Position numbers and translations under genes: made by a program. Shown here piece after piece: positions 29,853 through 40,218 of a stretch of DNA of 64,000 bases (the first letter of the stretch is position 1; each line of letters begins with the position of its first letter). This DNA is from Candidatus Multivoradales bacterium. Lineage in GTDB: Bacteria > Acidobacteriota > Thermoanaerobaculia > Multivoradales > JAHEKO01. The notes below the pieces were generated by a model. It was given only the letters and a program-made list of their open reading frames with translations. It searched no databases and was not told the origin of the DNA. The stretch lies in assembly GCA_965223855.1 (NCBI GenBank), contig CBDCXM010000009.1:1856001-1920000 (forward strand). The letters are read 5' to 3'.

Positions 29853-31790
29853 ATGTGTCGCCGCAACCTCACCGGATCCCACATGAAACTGCTGTGCGTC
29901 GCTCTCTTGGCAGGCGGTGCAATGTCCACGGCCGCGGCGTCGCAGGAGACCGCCGTCGGGGAGGCGGAGAGCAGCACGGTTCTTTCCATTCCGGAGAACG
30001 ACATCGGCGAGCGCCTCCTCGAGGCCCGGCAGACGGCGCAGGAGCGGACCCGCGGACGTTTCCGGGTGCCCCACGAGTTCGGCTTCACCGACACGATCGA
30101 AGCGAGCGGTATCGACTTTCTCCATCGGGTCGTCGACGATGCCGGGCGCTACTACAAGATGGTGCACTACGACCACGGCAACGGCGTGGCGGCCGCCGAC
30201 GTCGACGGCGACGGCCGCCTCGACGTCTACTTCGTCTCCCAGTTGGGGGGCAACGAGCTGTGGCGCAACCTCGGGGAGGGCCGCTTCGAGAACATCACCG
30301 AGAGCGCGGGAGTCGCTCTCGGCGAGAGAGTCAGCGTCGCGCCTGCTTTCGCGGATATCGACAATGACGGTGATCCGGATCTCTTCGTCACCACGGTGCG
30401 GGGAGGCAACGCGCTCTTCGAGAACCTGGGTGAGGGGAGGTTCCGCGACATCACGAGCGAGGCGGGCGTCGGCTACGTCGGCCACTCCTCGGGGGCGGTC
30501 TTTCTCGACTACGACCTCGACGGGCTGCTCGACCTGTTCGTCACCAACGTCGGCACCTACACGACCGAGGAGAAGGGCGCCGGCGATTACTGGGTCGGCA
30601 TCGAGAACGCCTTCGACGGCCACCTCCACGCCGATCGCAGCGAGCGAAGCCTCCTGTACCGCAACCTGGGCGGCAACCGCTTCGAGGAGGTCGCCCTGGC
30701 TGCCGGCCTGAACGACGAGAGCTGGAGCGGCGATGCCACGGCGGCCGACCTGGACGGAGACCGCTGGCCCGAGCTCTACGTTCTCAACATGCAGGGGGAC
30801 GACCACTACTGGGTCAACGCCGACGGGCGCTTCGAGGAGCGAACGGCCGCTCACTTCCCCAGCACGCCGTGGGGGTCGATGGGGGTCAAGTTTTTCGACT
30901 GGAACAACGACAGCCGCCTCGACCTCATCCTCACCGACATGCATTCGGACATGAGCCAGGAGGTCGGTCCGGACGCCGAGAAGCTCAAGTCCGAGATCAC
31001 CTGGCCCGAAGACTACGTCCAGGACGGCTCGAACAACATCTTCGGCAACGCCTTCTACGAGGCGGGGGAGGAGGGCTTCGACGAAATCTCCGACCTCGTC
31101 GGCGCCGAGAACTACTGGCCGTGGGGGCTGTCGGTCGCCGATCTCAACGCCGACGGCTGGCAGGACGTAGTGATCGCCTCGAGCATGAGCTTCCCGTGGC
31201 GCTATGGCATCAACACCGTGCTCCTCAACAATCGTGGGGAGTCGTTCCTGGACAGTGAGTTCCTGCTCGGCGTCGAGCCGCGGGCCGGCGGTCGCACGAA
31301 GACCCCCTGGTTCGAGCTCGACTGCTCGGGCGCCGATCGCGACTATTCCCGCTGCGCCGAGCGTGAGGGGAGTTTCTCGGTACTGGGAAACCTGGGCACC
31401 CGATCGACGGTGATCTTCGACCTCGAGGGGGACGGTGATCTCGACATCGTGACCAGCGAGTTTCACGCTCCTCCTCAGATCCTCTCGAGCGATCTCGCGG
31501 ACGACGGCGGGGTCAACTGGGTGGGAGTTCGTCTCGTCGGCACGGCTTCGAATCGGGACGGTCTGGGTGCGTTGGTCGAACTCCACGCCGGAGGCCAGGT
31601 CCAGGTGCGCTATCACGACGGCAAGTCGGGCTATCTGGCGCAGAGCGCCATGCCGCTCTACTTCGGCCTAGGCGAGGCGACGACGGTCGAGCAGCTCGTC
31701 GTCCGGTGGCCCTCCGGTAGCGTCGACACGCTGGAGAATGTCGCGTCGGGCGAGGTGCTCGAGGTGGAGGAGTCGGAGGGAGACGGCTAG
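29853..31790 (+). CDS. CRTAC1/ASPIC-UnbV family protein (subfamily A)
   Basis: Same motifs as 27599. ATG 29853 preceded by GGAGGA; divergent from its close paralogue. Confidence 0.9.
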   Translation: MCRRNLTGSHMKLLCVALLAGGAMSTAAASQETAVGEAESSTVLSIPENDIGERLLEARQTAQERTRGRFRVPHEFGFTDTIEASGIDFLHRVVDDAGRYYKMVHYDHGNGVAAADVDGDGRLDVYFVSQLGGNELWRNLGEGRFENITESAGVALGERVSVAPAFADIDNDGDPDLFVTTVRGGNALFENLGEGRFRDITSEAGVGYVGHSSGAVFLDYDLDGLLDLFVTNVGTYTTEEKGAGDYWVGIENAFDGHLHADRSERSLLYRNLGGNRFEEVALAAGLNDESWSGDATAADLDGDRWPELYVLNMQGDDHYWVNADGRFEERTAAHFPSTPWGSMGVKFFDWNNDSRLDLILTDMHSDMSQEVGPDAEKLKSEITWPEDYVQDGSNNIFGNAFYEAGEEGFDEISDLVGAENYWPWGLSVADLNADGWQDVVIASSMSFPWRYGINTVLLNNRGESFLDSEFLLGVEPRAGGRTKTPWFELDCSGADRDYSRCAEREGSFSVLGNLGTRSTVIFDLEGDGDLDIVTSEFHAPPQILSSDLADDGGVNWVGVRLVGTASNRDGLGALVELHAGGQVQVRYHDGKSGYLAQSAMPLYFGLGEATTVEQLVVRWPSGSVDTLENVASGEVLEVEESEGDG

Positions 31791-31812
31791 CCGAGGCAGC
31801 CGGAAGCGGTTC

Positions 31813-34041
31813 TCAGCCGCCCGCCAGCGCGGCGAGGTTCTCCGCCTCGGGCCAGCGGTTGCGGGCCTGACGCAACAGCGCCTCGGCGGACGCCGGGTCA
31901 CCCATGGCCCGTAGCGCCTTGACCGCCTCTCCGTGCGATCGCGGGCCGGGATTCGCCTCCACCATCGCCTGCAGCGTGCGCCCCGCCTCGGCACCCCGGT
32001 TGCCGAGAGCGTAGAGGAAGGCGAGGTGGGTATAGCTCTCCAACTGGTCGGGAAAGCGTTCGATCTCGCCGCGAAACGCGCTCTCCGCCTCTTCGAGCCG
32101 ATCGAGCTCGGCCAGCGCCCTGCCGCGGATGAAATCGACCCCGCGCAGGATCTCGGCGTTCTCGGGGTCCTCGACGCCGGCGAACGCCCGGTCGGCGAAG
32201 TCGAGCGCCTCGGCGGCCCGTCCCTGCGCCAGTCGGAGCTCCGCGGCCGTGATGAGCGGACTGACCCGGCTGCCGCGCTGTTCGAGAAGTCGATCGATCA
32301 GTTCTTCTGCCGCTTCCAAGTTGCCCAGCCGGAGCTGAGCTTGCGCTGTCACGTCGAGTGCGATCGGCATCCCTTCGCCGGCGAGCTCGGCGTGGGCGAG
32401 GGCATCCTCGAACCGGCCCAGTCGAAGCAGGGTGCTGGCGATCGGGATGGCGGCGTGGGGCGGCCGGCCGCCGAGCTCGAACGCCTGCCGGTAGGCGGTC
32501 AGCGCCTCCTCCGGCCGGCCCTCGGCGAGGCGGGCGTCTCCCAGATACTTCCAGGCATCGACGAGTCGCGGCTCTTCCCGGGCGACCGTTTCGATCAGCC
32601 TTGAAGCTTCGGCGGTGCGGCCGGCGGTGAGTGCGCGAACCCCCTCGGCCAGCGCTTCCAGGACATGGACGCGGCTCTTGGGATCGGGGAGGGCTCCTTC
32701 GAGGATGTCGGGCGCGGCGCCGACGTAGCCGAGAGCGGCGAGCTGGCGCAGCGTCTCCTCGTCTTCGCTGCCGGGCGGCGCGAGTTCGCGGTCGATCGCG
32801 TCGAGGGCCTTGCGCAGCTGGGTCGTCCTCTGGCGACGCTCGCGGACGAGGTTGCGCGTCTGTCCCGGATCGTTCGACAGGTCGTAGAGTTCCGGATCGG
32901 GCCCATGGATGTACTGCTCGGGATAGCGGACGATCGAGGCGAGGTCGTTCCAGCCGAAGTGGAGGCGCGGGAAGAAGGTCTCGGCGTAGATGTCGCGACT
33001 CGCCGCGCCGTCCTCCAGGCGGAGCAGTGAGGTTCCTGCCTGCGGTGCATCCTTGGTGTCGCCGTCGTCGAGTCCCAGCACCTCCAACACGGTCGGCAGG
33101 ATGTCGATGTGTTGCGAGGGTGCGTCGACCGTCTCGCCCGCCCGCCGGTTGCCGGGCAGCTTGACCAGCAGCGGCACCTGAAGTGCCTCCCGGTAGAGGA
33201 ACGGCCCGTGCTCGAGGTAGCCGTGTTCTCCGAGTCCCTCGCCATGGTCGGAGGTGAGGAGGATGAACGAGTCTTCGTAGACTCCCAGACTCCGAAGCTC
33301 CTCGAGGAGAGCGCCGACCACCGCATCGGCGGCCGCTACCTCGCCGTCGTAGGCCGATTCGTAGCGGGAACGGTAAGGCTCCGGCGGGCTGAACGGCGTG
33401 TGCGGCTCGTAGAGGTGGAAGAAGAGGAAGAACGGGCCGTCCGCCGCGTCCGCGAGCCACGGCAGGGTCCGCTCCAGCGTCTCCATCCCCGACCGTTGGA
33501 CCCTTCCGAGATCGTCCGACTCCCAACCCTGAGCGATCTGATCCTCGAAGAAGTCGAAGTCGCTGGAGATTCCGCTCGCACCGCGCAGGACGAAGGAAGA
33601 GACGGCGGCTCCGGTCGCGTAGCCGTGCTCGCGGAGGATCCGGGGCAGGTAGGGGATCCCCTGCGGGTCGAACGGATAGCCGACGTTGTCTCTCACACCG
33701 TGGTCGGGCGGCAGCGCTCCCGTCAGCATCGACGCGTGGCTCGGCAGCGTCAGCGGAATGTGGCTGTAGGCGTGCCGGTACAGGATCGCGTCGGCGCGGA
33801 AACGGTCGAGGTGAGGGGTGTCGACCTCCTCGTAGCCGTAAGCCGGAAGCCGGTCGGATCTCAGCGTGTCGATCGAGATCAGGACGACCGGCGGGCGACC
33901 CCGCTCCGTGCCGATGCGGTCGGATTCGGGTACAGAGTCGCCGCCGCAGCCGACGAGTCCTGCCGCCAGCAGAATGCCGACAGCGGCAGCGACCGCCGGA
34001 CGGACCACGCTCCTGCCCGCGCCGGCAGCGGGTTCAAGCAT
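31813..34041 (-). CDS. Sulfatase-like (alkaline phosphatase superfamily) hydrolase/transferase + TPR, lipoprotein
   Basis: Lipobox LVGC; ISIDTLRSD, TLPSH, HLYEPH, SDHGE, VPLLVK; LAALGY linker; C-terminal TPRs. Start re-called at ATG 34041. Confidence 0.88.
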   Translation of the reverse strand: MLEPAAGAGRSVVRPAVAAAVGILLAAGLVGCGGDSVPESDRIGTERGRPPVVLISIDTLRSDRLPAYGYEEVDTPHLDRFRADAILYRHAYSHIPLTLPSHASMLTGALPPDHGVRDNVGYPFDPQGIPYLPRILREHGYATGAAVSSFVLRGASGISSDFDFFEDQIAQGWESDDLGRVQRSGMETLERTLPWLADAADGPFFLFFHLYEPHTPFSPPEPYRSRYESAYDGEVAAADAVVGALLEELRSLGVYEDSFILLTSDHGEGLGEHGYLEHGPFLYREALQVPLLVKLPGNRRAGETVDAPSQHIDILPTVLEVLGLDDGDTKDAPQAGTSLLRLEDGAASRDIYAETFFPRLHFGWNDLASIVRYPEQYIHGPDPELYDLSNDPGQTRNLVRERRQRTTQLRKALDAIDRELAPPGSEDEETLRQLAALGYVGAAPDILEGALPDPKSRVHVLEALAEGVRALTAGRTAEASRLIETVAREEPRLVDAWKYLGDARLAEGRPEEALTAYRQAFELGGRPPHAAIPIASTLLRLGRFEDALAHAELAGEGMPIALDVTAQAQLRLGNLEAAEELIDRLLEQRGSRVSPLITAAELRLAQGRAAEALDFADRAFAGVEDPENAEILRGVDFIRGRALAELDRLEEAESAFRGEIERFPDQLESYTHLAFLYALGNRGAEAGRTLQAMVEANPGPRSHGEAVKALRAMGDPASAEALLRQARNRWPEAENLAALAGG

Positions 34042-34067
34042 CGTGCGAACCCTCGAAGACCGCGCGG

Positions 34068-35207
34068 TCAGCTGCCCGATTCGAGGAACGCGAGGAAGTC
34101 GCGAGCCTCCTGCGCCCGCTCCCCTTCGGGATCGAGCTCCAGGAGCTTGTTGAGGTCCGCCGCAGCCTGCTCGTTGGCACCCTTGCTCAGATGCACCAGC
34201 CCCCGGTAGTAGTAGACGTCGGCGAGAGCCGGATTGTCCTCGACGGCGCGATCGAAGAGCGAGAGCGCCTCGTCCATCTCGTTCTCGTTGTAGTGCCGGA
34301 TGCCCATGTTGAGGAGCATGTCGGCGGGGAGCTTCGTCCCCTCCGGAAGTTGCGCCAGATAGGCCTGCGCTTCCTCCTCGCGTCCCTCCCTGGAGAGGAG
34401 GTCGGCGATCACCTGCAGGATGGCGGGATCGCCCGGTGTGGCCTCTAGGGCCCGCTCGAGAAGCGCCACCGCCTCGGAGCGTCGGTCGACCTGGTCGTAG
34501 GCGCGCGCCATCGCCATCAGCACCTGGGAGCTGCCGTCGGCGCCGAGCAACGGCAGGGTGTCTTCGTAGGCGGTCATCGCCTCGTCCAGGAGCCCTTCGC
34601 GCTGGTAGCTCGAGGCGAGCTGCAGCCGCACTGCGACCTGTTCCGCCGGCGGGATGACCGGAATGGCCATCTGGTACTGCTCCCGCGCCGCGACGTAGTT
34701 GCCCTCTTCCAGGTAGGTGTCGCCGATGCGGGTGCGCAGCCTGGCCGCGCCTTCCTCGTTCATGTTCGGCAGCGCCCGCTCGTACTCGGCACGGGCCTCT
34801 GCATACTGACCGGCTTCGAGCATCGCCTCGGCCTCGTTGATGAAGGCGTAGGGATCGGGCGTGAGCGCCACGGTCACCGGCTTGGAGGCGCTGAACTCGT
34901 TGACGCGGACCGAGCCCTGCGACGGAAGATAGCCCTCCGTGTCGATGAGGACGTTCCACAGGCCCCCCTTGAGGCCTCCGACGACCCACCGGCCCTTCTT
35001 GTCCGTCCGGGTCGCTTCCGGGCCTTTGCCGTCTGCATCGACGCCGGGCTGGCGCATGCGGATCAGTACGCCCTCCATCGGCTCGCCCTTTTCATTGTTG
35101 ACGACGCCCTGAGCCCTGCCCTTGCCGGTCCAGTCCTGGGCGACCGCGGGGACGGCGACGAGAAGAGCGACGGCTACGAGCAGAGACGATACGGATCGAA
35201 GGAGCAT
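34068..35207 (-). CDS. Carboxypeptidase-regulatory-like (Ig/transthyretin-like) domain + TPR protein
   Basis: Signal peptide; GVVNNEKGEPMEGV...TDKKGRW...GLKGGLW...GY motif followed by TPRs. ATG 35207 with AAGAGG RBS. Confidence 0.85.
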   Translation of the reverse strand: MLLRSVSSLLVAVALLVAVPAVAQDWTGKGRAQGVVNNEKGEPMEGVLIRMRQPGVDADGKGPEATRTDKKGRWVVGGLKGGLWNVLIDTEGYLPSQGSVRVNEFSASKPVTVALTPDPYAFINEAEAMLEAGQYAEARAEYERALPNMNEEGAARLRTRIGDTYLEEGNYVAAREQYQMAIPVIPPAEQVAVRLQLASSYQREGLLDEAMTAYEDTLPLLGADGSSQVLMAMARAYDQVDRRSEAVALLERALEATPGDPAILQVIADLLSREGREEEAQAYLAQLPEGTKLPADMLLNMGIRHYNENEMDEALSLFDRAVEDNPALADVYYYRGLVHLSKGANEQAAADLNKLLELDPEGERAQEARDFLAFLESGS

Positions 35208-35483
35208 TGGAGTTCCTCTTGGGACATGAGCTCTTGAGACAGCGTGCTCTCGAGACAAGGGCTCTTGGTAGCGATTGGCGTTGAGTTCTCGGGAACCCGG
35301 CTCGCCGGAGAGCGACGGTGGATGGCCGGGGACGGCCGCTGCCGGGGACGTTCGAGCTGGCCGGGCCAGCCGGGCGCTCTCGATTGTAACAGCAGCGGCG
35401 ATCCGGGCATGCCCAGGCGATCGGGTCCGGACGACGCGCGATCGCTCCGGGGGCCGCGTCCTGCGGCCGTCTTTCGGAGCAAG

Positions 35484-35513
35484 AAAAAAGCCGGGGGGTT
35501 GCCCCCCCGGCTT
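35484..35513 (-). terminator. Rho-independent terminator of the TonB receptor gene
   Basis: Minus strand AAGCCGGGGGG-GCAA-CCCCCCGGCTT followed by a T-tract. Confidence 0.85.
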
Positions 35514-35545
35514 CGGATCACTTCGCTAACGAAGTGGGAACCGGC

Positions 35546-38536
35546 TTACCGCCAGTTCACCCGGACGCCGAAGCGGTAGATGCGCGGCGACAGGGTCTCC
35601 GTGAGGTTGTCCGCAGTCGAGGCGTCGAGACGACGGCGACGCTGCAGGACAGTGGTCTCGTCGAGCACGTTGAAAATGTCGATCGAGGCCGAGAAACCGA
35701 CGTTACCGGTCGACGCGAACTCCTTCTCGAGTCGCAGGTCGAACGTGGTGATGTCGGGGGCGCGGAACGAATCCAGATTGGACGTGACCTGAACGTCACG
35801 GCTGAGGCCGTCCGCCGGGCGCACGTTGTCGTAGTACGGCAGCGGAGTGCCCTCACGACTGTACAGGTTACCGGCGACGTTGAAGCCCCACGGCTGGTCC
35901 GGAGCAACCTGGTACATACCGTTCAGGTTGAACTGGAAGCCGCTCTCGAGGAAGACGTCCTGCTTGGCGCCAGAACCGGCAGCCTGGACAGCGAAGAGAC
36001 CACCCTCGTTGTCGAAGCCACCCTCTTCGTCAGTGGGATCGTAGTTGGCGATGTAGCTCGAGCCAAGGCTGTAGGTGCCCTCACCGGAGGTGAAGTAACC
36101 ACGCAGCATCCACTGGTTGGAGAGGCGCTTGGTGAAGTTGACGCTGATCCCCTCGTACTCCACCGAACGGTCGGTGTTCTCGAGGAGGGTGCCGCCCGTA
36201 CGGGAACCCGCGGGAAGCGAGTAGTACGGGGCGCTGTACGGCGTGCCGTCCGGCAGGATGCCGTTCAGCGTGCCGGCGAGCTCGTAGTCGGCCGCCGTCG
36301 AAGGACGGGGACCGTTGCCGAGGTCGATCATCTCGCGAGTGCCGAGAAGGTCATCGGTCTCACGCAGGGTGACCGTCGCACCGGCGACGAACTCAGGCGC
36401 GAAGGCGTGCTCGACGCCAACGATGAGCTCGGTGATCATCGACGGATCCAGACCCGGGTCCGTGACGTTCACGCTCTCGATGGAGGTCGGGTCCGAAGGA
36501 TCGAAACCGACGTTGCCGGCGAAGAGAAGGTCCGACTCGTTGAAGTCGTCCCAGATGCCGTTGCCGTTGACGTCATCGAAGATGAACGTGGCGTAGGCAC
36601 GGCCGGCGGGGTTGGTGCGGTTGATGTTGGCCGTCGACAGCTGCTCCGGGAACTGCGAGAAGCTACCGCGGAGAAGCGTCTTGCGCTCCTCACCGAGGGC
36701 GTAGGTCACACCAACGCGCGGGGTGATGGTCGACCACTCGAACGGAGCGGCCGCACCCGGGTACGAGAACGCCGGGAGGATGTTCGGAACCTCGACCGCG
36801 GCCGGGACCGAAGCAGGCAGGTTCTCACCGTCCTGGAGGTCGTAGCGCAGGCCGACGTTGACCGTCAGGTTGCCCGTGGAGATCGTGTCCTGCACCCACG
36901 CCGACTGGTAGGACGTCGTGTTGGGCGGGCCATCGATACCGCGGAAGTGCACGGTCAGCGGAACACCGAAGAAGTTCTCGTTGATGTGGAAGAGATCACG
37001 GCCCGGCCAGAAGAAGTCGGAGCGCTGGTCGAAGTCACGCTGACGAGCACCGAACTTGATCTCGTGGCCGGCGTTGCCGGTGTTGAAGAAGTAGGAGCCG
37101 TCGATCTTGACTTCCTCGGACGGGCGGCTGGAGCTACCCGAGAGGTAGCTGCCACCCCAGCTCTCCGCGGTCCAGAAGGTCTCGGGAGCCGCGGTGATGG
37201 AACCCGCGCCGATGACCGCCTTGGACGTCAGCGAGAAACCGCCGTCGACCTTCGACAGGGTACCGCCGATGAAGAAGTTGGAGTTCACGACGTGCGTGTC
37301 CTCGAACTTGATGATGGCGGACGGACCACGCTGATCCCACGTCGTGGGCTGCGGGCGCGTCGGGCCGGCGTTACGGCCGAACTTCTTCTTGTCGCCGTTG
37401 TTCCACGAACCGGTGAACGAGTTCGAGCTGCCGAGCTGACCGTTGATCTTCAGCGCGGTGTTCTCGAGGATCGTGTCATCAGCCTGGACGGCGTCGGGCG
37501 AAGCAGCACCAGTGCGGTTCTTGATGTCGTTCGAACCGAACGAACCCCAGAACCACAGCTTGTCCTTGACGGCGGGGCCACCGGCCTCGAAACCGTACTC
37601 CTGGACCTGGTTGATGGTGTTGCCGATGAAGCGCGTCTGCGGCGCGCCCTGCGGCGAGCCGGTGCCGTCGCCGGTGTTACCGACGTTGTCGCCGCCAAGA
37701 ATGCCGCTCGAGGCGTTGAAGTCCGGCACGTTCTGCTCCAGGGCACCGTTGAAGAAGTTGTCATCGGTGCGGAGGAACCGGGCGCTGCCACGGAACTCGT
37801 TGGTGCCGCGCTTCGTCACGAGGTTCACGGAGACGCCGGCGTTCGACTTGGTGACGTCGGTGCCGCCGGTGGTGAACTGCATCTCGGTGAACTGGTCGAA
37901 GTCGTAGTACGTCGCCGAAGCGCCGACTGCGGCCATGTCGGTGGTCTCGACACCGTCGATGAGGAAAGCGTTCTCATCGTCGCCGACGCCGGGGCCGGTG
38001 AAGGTGGACTGCTGCCCACTCTCGTTACCGCCGACGTTGATGCGATCGACCATGACGCCCGGGGTCTGAGAAAGCACAGACCAGGGGTCGCGGGCCGTCG
38101 GGATCTTCTCGAGCTCGACCTGACTGATCGTTGTACCGGTGGTGAGCTTACGCTCGTCGAGGAGCGGGCTCTCCGAGGTGACGGTGATCGTCTCCTCGAC
38201 GGCCGGGGACATCGACAGTTCGATGGTCGTGTTGAGACCGACACGAATGTTGACGTTGGGATACTCGATGGTCGAGAAACCCTCGAGCTCCGAAGTGAGC
38301 TGGACGTTACCGGGGTCGATCGCCAGGAAGCGAGTCTGACCGTTTCCGTCGGTGACCTGGACACGCGGCGCGCCTGCGCCAGTCATCGTCACCGTAACGC
38401 CCGGCAGGGGAGCACCCTCGTTGTCCACGGCGCGGACGTAGAGGTTACCCGTAGCCGACTGTGCCGACACCATACCGACGGTGCCGAGCAGCAGGACAAA
38501 GCCCGCGGCCACGATCTGCCATTTACTGCGATTCAT
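35546..38536 (-). CDS. TonB-dependent receptor (Oar-like, N-terminal carboxypeptidase-regulatory domain)
   Basis: Signal peptide; GAPLPGVTV, ETITVT, plug motifs (IPTARDPWSVL...TPGV; VTKRGTNEFRG), NVGLRYD, PRVGVTY, C-terminal beta-strand RFGVRVNWR. AAGGAGG RBS before ATG 38536. Confidence 0.93.
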   Translation of the reverse strand: MNRSKWQIVAAGFVLLLGTVGMVSAQSATGNLYVRAVDNEGAPLPGVTVTMTGAGAPRVQVTDGNGQTRFLAIDPGNVQLTSELEGFSTIEYPNVNIRVGLNTTIELSMSPAVEETITVTSESPLLDERKLTTGTTISQVELEKIPTARDPWSVLSQTPGVMVDRINVGGNESGQQSTFTGPGVGDDENAFLIDGVETTDMAAVGASATYYDFDQFTEMQFTTGGTDVTKSNAGVSVNLVTKRGTNEFRGSARFLRTDDNFFNGALEQNVPDFNASSGILGGDNVGNTGDGTGSPQGAPQTRFIGNTINQVQEYGFEAGGPAVKDKLWFWGSFGSNDIKNRTGAASPDAVQADDTILENTALKINGQLGSSNSFTGSWNNGDKKKFGRNAGPTRPQPTTWDQRGPSAIIKFEDTHVVNSNFFIGGTLSKVDGGFSLTSKAVIGAGSITAAPETFWTAESWGGSYLSGSSSRPSEEVKIDGSYFFNTGNAGHEIKFGARQRDFDQRSDFFWPGRDLFHINENFFGVPLTVHFRGIDGPPNTTSYQSAWVQDTISTGNLTVNVGLRYDLQDGENLPASVPAAVEVPNILPAFSYPGAAAPFEWSTITPRVGVTYALGEERKTLLRGSFSQFPEQLSTANINRTNPAGRAYATFIFDDVNGNGIWDDFNESDLLFAGNVGFDPSDPTSIESVNVTDPGLDPSMITELIVGVEHAFAPEFVAGATVTLRETDDLLGTREMIDLGNGPRPSTAADYELAGTLNGILPDGTPYSAPYYSLPAGSRTGGTLLENTDRSVEYEGISVNFTKRLSNQWMLRGYFTSGEGTYSLGSSYIANYDPTDEEGGFDNEGGLFAVQAAGSGAKQDVFLESGFQFNLNGMYQVAPDQPWGFNVAGNLYSREGTPLPYYDNVRPADGLSRDVQVTSNLDSFRAPDITTFDLRLEKEFASTGNVGFSASIDIFNVLDETTVLQRRRRLDASTADNLTETLSPRIYRFGVRVNWR

Positions 38537-38714
38537 ACACAAACCTCCTTGTTTGTGAACGATGGAAACTCCGACAGTCGGAGTTCCACGCTTCTTACTT
38601 GGTTGCTGGATACGCTGAGGCCGAGCCGCATCGCCGAAGGCGAATGCGACGTTCCTGTGTCCGTCTCGCTACGGAGAGGCAGCGCGACGACACTCCAAAC
38701 CCGGCTTGCAGCGA

Positions 38715-38759
38715 AGCTTACAAATCCCACACCCCTAGGTCAAGCAAGGGGGTTGCCAA
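38715..38759 (-). promoter_or_regulatory. Abutting sigma70-type and sigma54-type promoter motifs upstream of the TonB receptor
   Basis: Minus strand TTGACC-N17-TAAGCT (38743-38715) and TGGCAACCCCCTTGCT (GG-N10-GC; 38758-38743). Confidence 0.6.
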
Positions 38760-39072
38760 CTCGGCCGCTGGTGACTGGGGGCGAGAGCACCCAATGACTA
38801 GCTGGATAATCACTCGGCGCGATGGCGATCGGGGCCGTCCCGGGCAGGCCGGGATGCGGCAGTTTGGAGGCTGGAGTTCAATGCGTTGAATTCGCGGGCG
38901 CCCACCGCCCATCCCGGAAGCGACGACAGGCGTACCCACAAGGGATCGAACCGGAGGCTGGAATGTCGATCGGGCGGGCAGACGTTTTGCAGAGGTTAGG
39001 CTACAGACTCGACCACTACGGGCGGCCCGCGCTACCGGGGTCGGCCGAGAGGGACAACTTGTTGGAGGTCAG

Positions 39073-40218
39073 ATGAGTTCAGCGCGGTTCGCGGCGTGGA
39101 GGCCGTCGGCGGTGGTTGCCGTGGCGGCGATGACCGTTGCAGCGGGAGGTTGTTCGCAGTACCAGCCCTTCGATTCGAGGGCGCATGTCGTGTCCGATCT
39201 CGAGAGCCGCATTCCGGCCGAGCTCGCGGGATACGTCGAGGTTCCGTACTTCCTCGAGGAGGAGGCGAAGGTCGAGATCCGGGCCGAGCTCAACCCGACC
39301 GGGAGCGAGCGGCGGCGCACCGAGGAGATCGTCGACTACATCTTCAGCGGTATCGAGCTCGAGTACTCGCTCAACCCGACGCGGAACGCGACCGACACCT
39401 ACCGCGCTCGCCAGGGGAACTGCCTCTCGTTCGTCAACCTGTTCGTCGCCATGGCGCGGCTGCAGCGCCTCAACCCGTTCTACGTCGAGGTCGAGGACTA
39501 CCAGCGCTGGCACTACTCGGACGGTGTGGTCGTCAGTCGCGGGCACATCGTCGCCGGGATGACCGTCGACGGCGAACTGTCGACCTTCGATTTTCTGCCC
39601 TACCGCACCAAGGGCTACCGGGACTTCGAGCCGATCGACGACCTGATGGCGATGGCGCACTACTACAACAACCTCGGCGCCGAGGCGCTGATGGTGGGTG
39701 ACCTGCCGCGCGCGGAGCCGAATCTCAGGATCGCGACGACGCTCGCTCCCGATTTCGAGAAGGCCGTCAACAATCTCGGGGTCGTCTATCTGCGGCAGGG
39801 ACGCGCCGACAAGGCGCTCGAGCTCTACGAGGACGCCCTCGAACTGCACCCCGGCAACGTGCCGCTCCTGACCAACCTCGCCCGCGCCTACCAGGACCTC
39901 GGCCGCGGGGACGAGGCGATCGCCGTGATGGCCCAGATCGAGGACGTCAACCTCAGCAACCCCTTCTTCTTCGTCTATCGCGGCGAGCTCGCGCTGGGGA
40001 TGGGCGAGACGGCCGAGGCGCTCGACTACATGCGCCGGGCGCTCAAGATCGACAGCGAGCAGCCCGAGGTGCACGTCGGGCTTCTCAAGGTGTTCCTCGC
40101 CCTCGGAGACATGTCGAAAGCGCGCCACCATCTCCAGCGGGCTCTGCGGCTCGACGCGACGCACGACGAGGCACGCAAGTACGCCGCGATGCTCTCGGCG
40201 GGGGCCACCGGCCCGTGA
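39073..40218 (+). CDS. Transglutaminase-like domain + TPR lipoprotein
   Basis: Lipobox-like AGGC; GNCLSF (Cys), GHIVAG (His), TFDF (Asp); C-terminal TPRs (NNLGVVY). Confidence 0.8.
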   Translation: MSSARFAAWRPSAVVAVAAMTVAAGGCSQYQPFDSRAHVVSDLESRIPAELAGYVEVPYFLEEEAKVEIRAELNPTGSERRRTEEIVDYIFSGIELEYSLNPTRNATDTYRARQGNCLSFVNLFVAMARLQRLNPFYVEVEDYQRWHYSDGVVVSRGHIVAGMTVDGELSTFDFLPYRTKGYRDFEPIDDLMAMAHYYNNLGAEALMVGDLPRAEPNLRIATTLAPDFEKAVNNLGVVYLRQGRADKALELYEDALELHPGNVPLLTNLARAYQDLGRGDEAIAVMAQIEDVNLSNPFFFVYRGELALGMGETAEALDYMRRALKIDSEQPEVHVGLLKVFLALGDMSKARHHLQRALRLDATHDEARKYAAMLSAGATGP

